A stretch of 32,000 nt of DNA, taken from positions 808 to 32,807 of the forward strand of contig CAYJVY010000008.1 in NCBI GenBank assembly GCA_964373795.1, in the 5' to 3' direction. A program made the translations under genes and the position numbers. The notes under the pieces were generated by a model, which saw nothing but the letters and a program-made list of their open reading frames with translations, had not been told where the DNA came from and did not search any database. Of this stretch, positions 19,370 through 27,899 are shown in pieces (position 1 is the stretch's first letter; the number at the start of each line of letters is the position of its first letter). The DNA is from an uncultured archaeon (GTDB taxonomy: Archaea > Iainarchaeota > Iainarchaeia > Iainarchaeales > DATDZZ01).

Positions 19370-19608
19370 ACATTTAATCCATGTTTTTTAGCTATTTCTT
19401 TATTTATTCTTCTACCTAGTTCTATGGCGTCTTCTTCTGTTAATTCGCTATTTTTTGTTAATTCATCAAATTTTTTTAATACTCTTAATCTTTTTACACG
19501 CTCTTCTAAAAAACGTCGCGTTTCTTCCGACCAATTAACCTCTCTAAACTGCTTTAATTCATTTTTCAATTTTGTTGGAACAGATAAAGTTAAGGTAACT
19601 TTATTCAT
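19366..19608 (-). CDS. putative VapB-like antitoxin
   Basis: 80-aa charged ORF overlapping the PIN ORF by 4 nt. A palindromic sequence lies just upstream of it. No strong family call. Confidence 0.45.
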   Translation of the reverse strand: MNKVTLTLSVPTKLKNELKQFREVNWSEETRRFLEERVKRLRVLKKFDELTKNSELTEEDAIELGRRINKEIAKKHGLNV

Positions 19609-19631
19609 ATAAAACCTCCTTAAACGCTATA

Positions 19632-19656
19632 TACACTACTATTAGTGTAAACACTA
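19632..19656. promoter_or_regulatory. palindromic candidate operator of the vapBC-like pair
   Basis: TACACTA-CTAT-TAGTGTA is a perfect 7-bp inverted repeat (19632-19649), followed by a third half-site ACACTA (19651-19656) and a TTTATATA box. It lies 24-48 bp upstream of the antitoxin ATG. Confidence 0.35.
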
Positions 19657-19691
19657 TTTATATATTTTTCTAAAAACATTGCACAAAATAT

Positions 19692-19712
19692 TCAGACTTT
19701 TTAGGCACCAGG
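19692..19712. repeat. 21-bp perfect direct repeat, copy 1 (TCAGACTTTTTAGGCACCAGG)
   Basis: Identical to 19740-19760. Copy 1 runs into the hairpin AGGCA-CCAGGAAA-TGCCT followed by T7. Confidence 0.7.
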
Positions 19713-19739
19713 AAATGCCTTTTTTTAGAGGTAAAATAG

Positions 19740-19760
19740 TCAGACTTTTTAGGCACCAGG
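19740..19760. repeat. 21-bp perfect direct repeat, copy 2
   Basis: Identical to 19692-19712. It lies 10 nt from the glmU-like stop codon. Confidence 0.7.
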
Positions 19761-19770
19761 TATTTGAAAT

Positions 19771-20973
19771 TTACTTATCCTCTTTCACTATTTCTCCAGG
19801 CAAAGTAGTTGTTCTCGGAGAAAGTTTTACTCCTGGATAAAAAGAGGAATTAATTCCTATTTTGCAGTTGTCTCCAAAAATTGCTCCAAGTTTTTTTCTT
19901 CCAGAATCAATTTTCTCTCCTTTCAAAATTGATTTAACGTTCGCATGATCGTGCCTTAAGTTTGCAGTAATTGTTCCAGCGCCTAAATTACAGTTTTCTC
20001 CAATCACTGAGTCTCCTACATAGCTTAAATGAGGAATCTTTGTTCCATTTTCAATAACAGAATTTTTTACTTCAACTGCTTGTCCGATCTTGCAACCATT
20101 CATTATTGATGTGTTTCCTCTAATAAAACAATTTGGGCCAATTTCACAGTTCTCTCCAATGAAAACATTGCCTTCAATATAAGTTCCGCTTTTCAGTGTA
20201 CTGCCTTTTCCTAAACTAATTTTTCCTTTAATATGCACTCCTTCCTCAATAATTCCTTCAATTTTGTTTTCCTTTAAACTTCCAACAAAAAACTCGTTTG
20301 CCTTAAGTAAATCCCATGGATATGCAATTGGGAACCAGTAATCTAAAACTTTTTCCACGAAAACCTTTTCTTTTTCTGTAACTAAAAATTTTAAGTAATC
20401 AACTAATTCAAATTCTTTTCTTTCCGAAAGCTGTAATTTGTGTTTGAAAATTTTTTTGTTTAAAACATACAAGCCAGTGCCAACTAACTTGCTTTTCGGG
20501 TTTAAAGGTTTTTCCACGAAACCTTTCAACAAATTTTTCTCAGCTTCGATTACGCCGAATTTTTCTGCGTCCTGCCTTTCTGCAGCAAGAACACAAAACT
20601 CTTTTTTCACGCAGTTTTTCAAATCTTTTGCTGAATAAAAGTCATCTCCATTCATTACAATAAATTTGTCCTTCAATTTTTTTTCGCAGAGATGTAAAGC
20701 TTGTCCAGTGCCTTGAGGATTATTTTGTTCAATAAAAGAAATTTTTAATTTCAGCTTCTCTGCAACTTTTTTTGTATGTTCAATTAATTGTGCTTTCTCG
20801 AATCCAACTACAAGAATTATTTCTTCCAGTTCTTTTCCAGTTGCTTGCTTGATTTGCTCCAAATTGTGTTCAAGAATTGTTTTTCCTGCAACTTTCAGTA
20901 AAGGTTTTGGCTTGTTTACAGTTAAAGGCCAGGTTCTAGTGCTTTTTCCTGCGCATAATAAAACAAATTGCAT
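19771..20973 (-). CDS. bifunctional sugar-1-phosphate nucleotidyltransferase / left-handed beta-helix acetyltransferase (archaeal GlmU-like)
   Basis: N-terminal LCAGKSTRTWPLT.NKPKPLL motif and C-terminal hexapeptide repeats (IGENCEIGPNCFIRGNTSI...). It sits in an operon with glmS and glmM. Confidence 0.8.
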   Translation of the reverse strand: MQFVLLCAGKSTRTWPLTVNKPKPLLKVAGKTILEHNLEQIKQATGKELEEIILVVGFEKAQLIEHTKKVAEKLKLKISFIEQNNPQGTGQALHLCEKKLKDKFIVMNGDDFYSAKDLKNCVKKEFCVLAAERQDAEKFGVIEAEKNLLKGFVEKPLNPKSKLVGTGLYVLNKKIFKHKLQLSERKEFELVDYLKFLVTEKEKVFVEKVLDYWFPIAYPWDLLKANEFFVGSLKENKIEGIIEEGVHIKGKISLGKGSTLKSGTYIEGNVFIGENCEIGPNCFIRGNTSIMNGCKIGQAVEVKNSVIENGTKIPHLSYVGDSVIGENCNLGAGTITANLRHDHANVKSILKGEKIDSGRKKLGAIFGDNCKIGINSSFYPGVKLSPRTTTLPGEIVKEDK

Positions 20974-20976
20974 TTT

Positions 20977-21741
20977 TCATTCCCCAATTTTTTTTAAATA
21001 TTTAATTATTTGTTCGTGAATTAATCCATTGCTTGCAATTAAGTCTCTTGAAGTTGTTTGCCATTCTTTTCCTTGCCAGTTAGTTACTTTTCCTCCGGCT
21101 TCTCTTACAAGTATGGTTCCAGCAGCAATATCGTATAACTCGTAGTCTCCTCCGAATCTTGCATCCATTCTTCCAATAGCAACATTAGCTAAATCTAATG
21201 CCGAACTTCTAGTTATTTTAATTCGCCTAGATATTTGAATTATTTCAATGTTTTTTTCTAGGTCTCTTCGCCTTGATGACAAACCTATAGTGGATTCATC
21301 TAATATTTTGTATTTTGAAACATGGATTGGTTTTTCATTGAGATATGCTCCTTTTCCTTTTTCTGCATAGAAAAGTTCTTTTCTGCAAGGATCTAAAGTC
21401 ACTCCCACAATGACTTCTGAATTTTTAATTAAAGCAATTGTAATGCAAAAATATGCAAACCCTCTTTCAAAGTTTCCAGTGCCATCTAGTGGGTCAATAG
21501 TCCATAAGTAATCTGAATTTTTTGTCTGTTTTCCAAATTCTTCTCCGTAAAAAGAGTGCTCTGGAAATTCAGCTGAAATTATTTCAATTATTTTTTTCTC
21601 TGCTTCTTTGTCTGCTTGTGTTACTGTAGAGCCATCTGCTTTTTTTTCTGAAACAAATTCTTTATCAAAATACCTCATTGCAATTTTTCCAGCCGCTTTT
21701 ACAGCCTTTATTGCAATTTTCAATTCTTTTGATTTATTCAT
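20977..21741 (-). CDS. inositol monophosphatase family protein (IMPase/FBPase-like)
   Basis: EE.G and WTIDPLDGTGNF motifs. 254 aa. Confidence 0.85.
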   Translation of the reverse strand: MNKSKELKIAIKAVKAAGKIAMRYFDKEFVSEKKADGSTVTQADKEAEKKIIEIISAEFPEHSFYGEEFGKQTKNSDYLWTIDPLDGTGNFERGFAYFCITIALIKNSEVIVGVTLDPCRKELFYAEKGKGAYLNEKPIHVSKYKILDESTIGLSSRRRDLEKNIEIIQISRRIKITRSSALDLANVAIGRMDARFGGDYELYDIAAGTILVREAGGKVTNWQGKEWQTTSRDLIASNGLIHEQIIKYLKKIGE

Positions 21742-22361
21742 TTTAAGCCTCTTCTTCTTTGATTTATCCTTGATTGAGATTTATTTCTTTTTCTAATTCT
21801 TCTTTCTTTTTTTTGTTTTAATGCAATTCCATATGATGTTCCTTTTGTCAGAGTAAGACCTTCATCAATATTTATTCTTCTTCTATCAATTTTTAGTTTA
21901 AACCGTAAATGGTTTTCCACATCGTATACACAGTCTTCTTTGTATTCCCCAAATAAATTAAATCTTGTTTCACTTGAAGCATTTAATCCTTTTCTTTTCA
22001 ATTCTTCTACTATTGAATTTACTTGCCCAACCACTCCAATTTGATTCATTGGAATAACAACTATTCTTTCTTGTAATTCTTTTTCAGCAAATCCAACTAG
22101 TTTTAATAATTCTGGTAATTTACTTAATCCATCTATGGAAGTTGGAAGCAAGATAACTAGAACGCTTTTTTCTCTTCCTTTTACTTTTTGAATTTGTTTG
22201 CCCCAATGCATTTTAAGTGCTTGAACGCCTTGAAAAAATCTTTTTCTATGTGCTTTGTTAGTGAACAAATCTTTTTCCAAGTTTGGACGCAGTGTGCTTT
22301 GCAGTCGAACGTAATACTCATACAATGGGTGAATTAATACATTTATTTCTTCTACATCCAT
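21738..22361 (-). CDS. uncharacterised paralogue family, copy 1 (NVLIHPLY ... FGEYKEDCV ... basic tail)
   Basis: 207 aa, alignable with the three ORFs upstream of it. The stop overlaps the IMPase ATG by 4 nt. The C-terminus reads KQKKERRIRKRNKSQSRINQRRRGLK. Confidence 0.6.
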   Translation of the reverse strand: MDVEEINVLIHPLYEYYVRLQSTLRPNLEKDLFTNKAHRKRFFQGVQALKMHWGKQIQKVKGREKSVLVILLPTSIDGLSKLPELLKLVGFAEKELQERIVVIPMNQIGVVGQVNSIVEELKRKGLNASSETRFNLFGEYKEDCVYDVENHLRFKLKIDRRRINIDEGLTLTKGTSYGIALKQKKERRIRKRNKSQSRINQRRRGLK

Positions 22362-22367
22362 TTTTTT

Positions 22368-22964
22368 TCACACTCTTCTAGGAGTATTTCTTTTTCCAGG
22401 CCTTATTTTTGGAGAATCTCTTTTTTTTCTATTAGTGTGTGAAGGTCTTTTGTATCCAGTATATCCTTTTCCACGTCTTTTAGAACTTTCTGGAAAGCTT
22501 AGCTGTTTTTCTATTTCTATTTCTTCCTTTTCCAGTGTTCTTAATGCGCCGCAAACAAGTGGAACACAGTATTCTTTGTGTTCTCCGAATACCTTAAACC
22601 TTGTTTCGTTTGAGACTTCAAATTTTTTTGATAATTCATGAAATGCTTTAAACATTTGTTGTTCAGCTGTGAGTCCTGGAAAACCAAAAACTATAACTAA
22701 TTTGTCTCCTAATTCTTTTCTTGCAAAATCAATTAATTTTTTTAATTCTCTTTCTGCATTATTAGTTGGTTGGGAATCTGAAAGCAATGGATGTAAGATT
22801 ATGAATGCAGAATTAGGAGTTCTTGTAACTTCGCGCATTCTTTGCATCCAACGTCCTGTAAGAATTTTTACTCCTTGAAGCTGTCTTCCAAATTCTTGTG
22901 GGTCTTGCACTCCAAGTAATTCATCCAATGGATGAACTAATACATTTACTTCTCTGAGTTGCAT
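22368..22964 (-). CDS. uncharacterised paralogue family, copy 2
   Basis: MQLREVNVLVHPL, NSAFIIL, FARKEL, ETRFKVFGEHKEYCV, IEIEKQL, GYTGYKRP and a basic tail. The start at 22964 is chosen for congruence with the other copies. The ORF-track start is 22973. Confidence 0.6.
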   Translation of the reverse strand: MQLREVNVLVHPLDELLGVQDPQEFGRQLQGVKILTGRWMQRMREVTRTPNSAFIILHPLLSDSQPTNNAERELKKLIDFARKELGDKLVIVFGFPGLTAEQQMFKAFHELSKKFEVSNETRFKVFGEHKEYCVPLVCGALRTLEKEEIEIEKQLSFPESSKRRGKGYTGYKRPSHTNRKKRDSPKIRPGKRNTPRRV

Positions 22965-22982
22965 AAAAATCATTAATTAATT

Positions 22983-23597
22983 TCAAATTCTTGTTCTTGG
23001 TTTGTTTTTTCTTCCTGAACGAAGCTTTGTTTTGCCGACAATTTTTCTTCTTGTTCTTGGTTTGTAATATTCTTCATAGTTTGCTCTTTCAGATGCATGA
23101 CTTAGAGGACTCTTTATTTCGATTCTTTTACGATCTATATGTAGATTATATTTTGGTGCAAAGAGACGCAAATGTTCTGACACTGATGTAACACATCTAT
23201 GTTCATGTTCACCAAAAAGAACAAAACGTGTATTTGGTCCAATATTCACTCTATACTCTTGCATCATTGTGAGCATTAGTTGTGTCTGCTCCCATATTGA
23301 TTCCCTAGGCGGCACAACTATTAGTCTACTTACTAATTCCCTTTTTGCAAACGCGATTAGTTTTTCAACATCTTTTGGATCATCTTTTTTTATGCGTGGG
23401 GTAAAAATTACAAGAACACTATTTGGATTGCCTTTTATTTGTAAAATTTTTTTTCCCCAATAGAATTTCAAAAACTTTGCTCCATGCAAACCTTTTGTTA
23501 CGCGATCCACTTTCTTTCTTCTAGCTTTGGGTATACGGTGTAATTCTAAATAGTCATACAATGGATGAACTAAAACATTCAATTCTTCAACTTCCAT
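22983..23597 (-). CDS. uncharacterised paralogue family, copy 3
   Basis: MEVEELNVLVHPLY, WGKKI, NSVLVIF, FAKREL, NTRFVLFGEHEHRCV, RKRIEIK and a basic tail. The start may instead be 23603. Confidence 0.6.
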   Translation of the reverse strand: MEVEELNVLVHPLYDYLELHRIPKARRKKVDRVTKGLHGAKFLKFYWGKKILQIKGNPNSVLVIFTPRIKKDDPKDVEKLIAFAKRELVSRLIVVPPRESIWEQTQLMLTMMQEYRVNIGPNTRFVLFGEHEHRCVTSVSEHLRLFAPKYNLHIDRKRIEIKSPLSHASERANYEEYYKPRTRRKIVGKTKLRSGRKNKPRTRI

Positions 23598-23946
23598 TTT
23601 CAAAACCTTCTCGGAGTGTTTCTTCTTCCTGATCTAGTTTTAGGTTTTCCAAACTCTTTTCTTCTTTCAACTGGTTTTTTTTGTATCTAGTGTAGCCTGT
23701 TTTCCTTTTTGTATCGTAAAGGGAAAGACCGAGTCTTTTGTCAATTTCGACTCTTTTCATTCCTAGTTCCATATCTGGGTTTGTTGCAACTTCTTTAATT
23801 CTCCGCCCCCAAAGACTTCTAAGAATTTTTGAGGTATTGAATTCTCTGTCAGAACTTTCATGAACCTCCTCAAATAATGCATAGAATGGATGTCTTAGTA
23901 AGTCATACAGCAGATGAACTAAAACATTGACTTGTGTTAACTCCAT
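23587..23946 (-). CDS. uncharacterised paralogue family, copy 4: internally deleted, possibly decaying
   Basis: 119 aa. It keeps the N-terminal module (VNVLVHLLYD, WGRRIKEVATNPD) and the C-terminal module (KRVEIDKRL, TGYTRYKK). It lacks the ~90-aa central part that holds the FGEH..CV motif. The tail is acidic, and the ORF overlaps the copy 3 start. Confidence 0.45.
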   Translation of the reverse strand: MELTQVNVLVHLLYDLLRHPFYALFEEVHESSDREFNTSKILRSLWGRRIKEVATNPDMELGMKRVEIDKRLGLSLYDTKRKTGYTRYKKNQLKEEKSLENLKLDQEEETLREGFENGS

Positions 23947-23952
23947 AAATAA

Positions 23953-25308
23953 TCAAATACCAATTTCTTTCTTAATTTCTTCTGCGATTTTGTTTGCATA
24001 TTCTTCTATTTGTTTTTGGTTTTCTCCTTCAATCATTATTCTTGCAAGATTTTCTGTTCCACTGTAACGAATAAGTGTTCTTCCATTGCCTGAAAGCTTT
24101 TCCTCGACTTCTTGAATTGCTTTTTTCACTGAAGGCATTTCATTGAATTCAATTTTTTCTTTCACGCACACGTTCACTAGAACTTGTGGAAATGATTTCA
24201 TTATTGTTGCAAGCTTTGATAGTTTTTCTTTTTTTTCTTTCATTATTTTCAATAACTGTAAAGCAGTAATTATTCCATCTCCTGTAGTTGAATACTTGGA
24301 AAAAATTATGTGCCCTGATTGTTCTCCTCCTAAAACTATTTTTCTTTTACGCATTTCATCTATTACGTATTTGTCTCCAACAGCTGTTTTGAATATTTTT
24401 ACTCCGAGTTTTTGCATTGCTTTATCAAATCCTAAATTAGTCATTACTGTTACTACAACTGAGTTTTCATCTAACCTGTTTTTTTCCATTAAATTATTTA
24501 CACAAATAGCCATTATGTGGTCTCCGTCCACAAAGTTTCCTTTTTCATCTGAAACAATTACTCTATCTGCATCTCCGTCTAAAGCAATTCCTAAATCTGC
24601 TTTTTCTTCTAAAACTTTTTTCTGCATTTCTTGTGGATGCGTTGCTCCGCAATTCAAGTTAATGTTTTGTCCATCTGGTTTGCTGTTCATTACAATTACT
24701 TTTGCTCCTAGTTCTGAAAAAATTTTTGGAGCTACATCGTATGCTGCTCCGTTAGCGCAATCTAAGACTATTTTCATTCCTTCTAATGACTCTGATTTAA
24801 TTGAGGATTTTGCAAACTCTATATACCTGCCTTTTGCATCGTCTATTCTATATGCTTTTCCAATTTTTGTTGCAGGAGCATAAACTGATTTCATTTTTTC
24901 TTCTAAAACTAGTTTTTCTATTTGTTCTTCAACTTTTTCATCTAATTTAAATCCATCCTCATTGAAGATTTTTATTCCATTGTCTTGAGAAGGATTATGT
25001 GAAGCAGAGATAACAATTCCTGCTTCTGCATTCAATGACTTAGTTAAATGAGCTATTGCAGGAGTAGGCATTGGTCCTACAAGTAAAACGTTTGCTCCCA
25101 TTGAAACAATTCCACTCGTAAGCGCGGATTCAATCATATAACCACTTAAACGAGTGTCTTTTCCTATAACAATTTTTGGAGTTCCATTTCCTGAATGTTC
25201 TTTAAAATAATTTGCTGCTGCTTTTCCAATCAAAAGTGCAAGCTCTGGAACCATTGGATAAACATTTGCAGTAGCCCTAATTCCATCTGTTCCAAACAAT
25301 TTGCCCAT
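23953..25308 (-). CDS. glmM: phosphoglucosamine mutase (phosphohexomutase superfamily)
   Basis: GIVISASHNPSQDNGIK active-site Ser loop, LDGDADR metal loop and GEQSGH sugar loop. ATG at 25308 with a GGTGA SD. Confidence 0.9.
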   Translation of the reverse strand: MGKLFGTDGIRATANVYPMVPELALLIGKAAANYFKEHSGNGTPKIVIGKDTRLSGYMIESALTSGIVSMGANVLLVGPMPTPAIAHLTKSLNAEAGIVISASHNPSQDNGIKIFNEDGFKLDEKVEEQIEKLVLEEKMKSVYAPATKIGKAYRIDDAKGRYIEFAKSSIKSESLEGMKIVLDCANGAAYDVAPKIFSELGAKVIVMNSKPDGQNINLNCGATHPQEMQKKVLEEKADLGIALDGDADRVIVSDEKGNFVDGDHIMAICVNNLMEKNRLDENSVVVTVMTNLGFDKAMQKLGVKIFKTAVGDKYVIDEMRKRKIVLGGEQSGHIIFSKYSTTGDGIITALQLLKIMKEKKEKLSKLATIMKSFPQVLVNVCVKEKIEFNEMPSVKKAIQEVEEKLSGNGRTLIRYSGTENLARIMIEGENQKQIEEYANKIAEEIKKEIGI

Positions 25309-25313
25309 TTTTT

Positions 25314-25961
25314 TCACCAACTCAAAATTTGATCAATATTAATTTCTTTCAAAGAATTCACAATTAAGTTTGCTTCTTTCAAATCCTCTTCTGTAGTGTA
25401 ATTACTCTTTAATGCAATGCATTTCATTCCAGCTCTTCTAGCAGCTTTGACTCCATTAAATGTGTCTTCGATTACTACACAGTTTTTTGGTTTTTCATTT
25501 AAATCCTTTGCTGTTTTCAGAAAAATGTCTGGAGCTGGTTTGGAATTTGCAACATTTTCTGCGGAGTTTGTTATTTCAAAATATTTTGCAATATTTAATT
25601 TATTTAAAATTATTTTAATTTCTTTAACTGAAGAAGAAGTCGCTAAACCAATTTTTGTATTTCTTTTTTTGAAAGCTTTAACTAACTCAATTGCTCCATC
25701 AATTGGTTTCAATTCTTTTTTCAGCATTTCAAAATAGTTTTCCCTTCTCTCAGCTATTAATTTTTCAATGCTTGGAGGTAAATTATATTTTTCTTTTAAA
25801 TGTGTCCAAACTTCTTTTGCTCCTCTTCCCATGCCATAAATATAATCTTCTTCATCTAATTTTGCATTGAACCTTTTTAACACAATATTATCTGCTTTGT
25901 CATGTACTTTTTCTGTATCAACTATTACTCCGTCCATGTCAAAAATAATTGCTTTAATCAT
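25314..25961 (-). CDS. HAD-superfamily hydrolase, subfamily IA (beta-phosphoglucomutase/phosphatase-like)
   Basis: IIFDMDGVIVDTE motif I, ATSS motif II and a K...EDTFNG motif III/IV. I prefer the internal ATG at 25961 because it avoids overlap with glmS. Confidence 0.8.
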   Translation of the reverse strand: MIKAIIFDMDGVIVDTEKVHDKADNIVLKRFNAKLDEEDYIYGMGRGAKEVWTHLKEKYNLPPSIEKLIAERRENYFEMLKKELKPIDGAIELVKAFKKRNTKIGLATSSSVKEIKIILNKLNIAKYFEITNSAENVANSKPAPDIFLKTAKDLNEKPKNCVVIEDTFNGVKAARRAGMKCIALKSNYTTEEDLKEANLIVNSLKEINIDQILSW

Positions 25962-25977
25962 TTGTTTTTCACCAATG

Positions 25978-27741
25978 TCATTTAACTGTAACACTTTTTG
26001 CAAGGTTGCGTGGGTAATCTGGATTGATGCCTTTTCTAATGCTTACAAAATATGCAAGTAATTGAATTGGAATTAAATTCATTAATGGAAAGAATTTTTC
26101 TGTTGCAGGGACTTGAATGAATTCTCCAATTCCAGGATTTTCAGATCCAATGCAAATTACTTTTGCTCCGCGAGATTTCACTGTATTTGCATTGCTTAAA
26201 GTGTCATTTTTTGTTTCATCTTCTGAAAGCAATACAATGCAAGGAATTCCTTCCTCAATTAGCGCTAGAGGCCCATGCTTTATTTCTCCTCCAGGAAAAC
26301 CAATTACTGGAAGATAGCAAACTTCTTGCAATTTAATTGCAGCTTCAAGCGCAATAGGGTAATTCATTCCTCTACCCAAAACAAACAATTTTTCCTTGGA
26401 TTTAATTTTTTCCGCCAGGGTTTGAATTTGTTCAATGAAAGAATTGTTTGAAAGCAATTTACTTAAATCGTTTAAAGCTTTTTCTAATTCTTTGCTGTTT
26501 TTTTCAAAAGAGTTTGAAAGCAAAAACGCAAGCACGTAAGCAATAATTATTTGTCCAGTAGTTGATTTAGTTGAAGCAACTGCTTTTTCAATTCCTGCAC
26601 AAACAGGAATTACTATATTCGATTTGCGATGCATTGAAGTGTTTTCAGCGTTAATTATTGAAACAATTTTTGCCCCGCGTGATTTTGCAATTTCTATTGC
26701 TTCAAGAGTATCAGCTGTTTCTCCTGATTGAGAAACAGCAATTACAATTGTTTTTTCATTAACGAATTTTGCAAAGTTTTCGAATTCAGATGAAACGCAT
26801 GCAATGCATTCCTTTCCTCCAAATCTTGAAAAAATATATTGAGCAAGTAAAGCAACTTTGTGTGCAGTGCCTGCTCCAATAATGAAAACTTTTTCTGCTT
26901 TTTTAATTATTTCAGCTGCTTTAAGTGCTTCTTGTTTGCTTTCTTTAAAAGCTTGAAAAACAGAAAACTTTTGATCCATTATTTCTTTTAACATTAAATG
27001 TTCAAACACGTTTTCTTCACTTTTATTGTTTCTGTTTATTTCTTCAATTCTTTTTTTTACTTTAACTTCTTTTTTTGAATTTAAGTCAATAATTTTGATT
27101 TTGGAATTCATTGAAGTCATTTCATTGTCCTCTAAATAAATTGCTTTTCTCACTTTAAGTGGAAATGCTTGAATATCTGATGCTATAAAGAATTGTTTTT
27201 TATTTATTCCTATAATCAATGGTGAACCATTTTTTACTCCAATGATTTCATTAAAATCTTCATGCATTGCAACGAAAGCATATCTTCCTTCAAGTTTTTT
27301 TACAGCTTCAAAAACTGCTTCTTCAAAGTTTTTTTTCTGGCAAAAAAATTCAATTAATTGAGGAATGACCTCTGAATCTGTTTCAGTTTCAAAAATTATT
27401 CCTTTTCCTTGCAAGAAACTCTTTATTTCTTGAAAGTTTTCAATTATTCCATTATGCACTACAGAAATTTTTTTATTTAAAGAAAAAATTGGATGAGTGT
27501 TTTCCAAGCAAACCTTTCCATGTGTTGCCCACCTAGTATGCCCAATTGCTTCAAGGCTTGGAATTTTTTTTTCAAGCAAAGCTGAACTAATTTTTCCAAC
27601 TTTTTTCACTGTTTCTAAGGAATTGTGTTTTTTGAAGGCAATTCCCCAAGAATCGTATCCTCTATATTCAAGTTTTTTTAATCCTTCAAAAACTAGTTGA
27701 ACTGCTTGAGTAGAGTTAATTGCTCCAATTATTCCACACAT
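25978..27741 (-). CDS. glmS: glutamine--fructose-6-phosphate aminotransferase (isomerising)
   Basis: MCGIIG N-terminal nucleophile Cys, two SIS domains and a C-terminal NLAKSVTVK. The start is set at 27741 so that Cys is residue 2. Confidence 0.95.
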   Translation of the reverse strand: MCGIIGAINSTQAVQLVFEGLKKLEYRGYDSWGIAFKKHNSLETVKKVGKISSALLEKKIPSLEAIGHTRWATHGKVCLENTHPIFSLNKKISVVHNGIIENFQEIKSFLQGKGIIFETETDSEVIPQLIEFFCQKKNFEEAVFEAVKKLEGRYAFVAMHEDFNEIIGVKNGSPLIIGINKKQFFIASDIQAFPLKVRKAIYLEDNEMTSMNSKIKIIDLNSKKEVKVKKRIEEINRNNKSEENVFEHLMLKEIMDQKFSVFQAFKESKQEALKAAEIIKKAEKVFIIGAGTAHKVALLAQYIFSRFGGKECIACVSSEFENFAKFVNEKTIVIAVSQSGETADTLEAIEIAKSRGAKIVSIINAENTSMHRKSNIVIPVCAGIEKAVASTKSTTGQIIIAYVLAFLLSNSFEKNSKELEKALNDLSKLLSNNSFIEQIQTLAEKIKSKEKLFVLGRGMNYPIALEAAIKLQEVCYLPVIGFPGGEIKHGPLALIEEGIPCIVLLSEDETKNDTLSNANTVKSRGAKVICIGSENPGIGEFIQVPATEKFFPLMNLIPIQLLAYFVSIRKGINPDYPRNLAKSVTVK

Positions 27742-27797
27742 GATAAAAAAGTACTGCAAGGCAGATATTTAAAGACTTATAAATAAAACTTCAATCC

Positions 27798-27817
27798 GTT
27801 ATAAATTTCTTTATAAC
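27798..27817. promoter_or_regulatory. palindrome in the divergent glmS / wHTH-regulator intergenic region
   Basis: GTTATAAA-TTTC-TTTATAAC is a perfect 8-bp inverted repeat. The AT-rich context lowers its significance. Confidence 0.25.
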
Positions 27818-27899
27818 TATTCAAACTTATATTTAAAAGAATTTCCTTTTAACAATATGTTTATATTATAAGATTTTTTTTACTAGTATAAAGTTTTGT

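Noticed and set aside
18395-19612. ORFs 18395-18769(-), 18892-19080(-) and 19340-19612(+)
   Set aside because: They are antisense to spt5/L11 and to the VapBC-like pair. The 18892-19080 frame (Leu/Phe-rich) is simply the complement of the Lys/Glu-rich L11 tail, and I found no PIN-like remnant in it.
19692-19760. Possible CRISPR array
   Set aside because: There are only two copies of a 21-bp repeat with one 27-bp spacer, and no further units or cas genes. It is reported as a simple direct repeat instead.
24143-24883. 246-aa plus-strand ORF
   Set aside because: It lies entirely antisense within glmM, which has unambiguous phosphohexomutase motifs. The translation is Ser/Phe/Ile-rich low-complexity, typical of antisense frames in AT-rich DNA.
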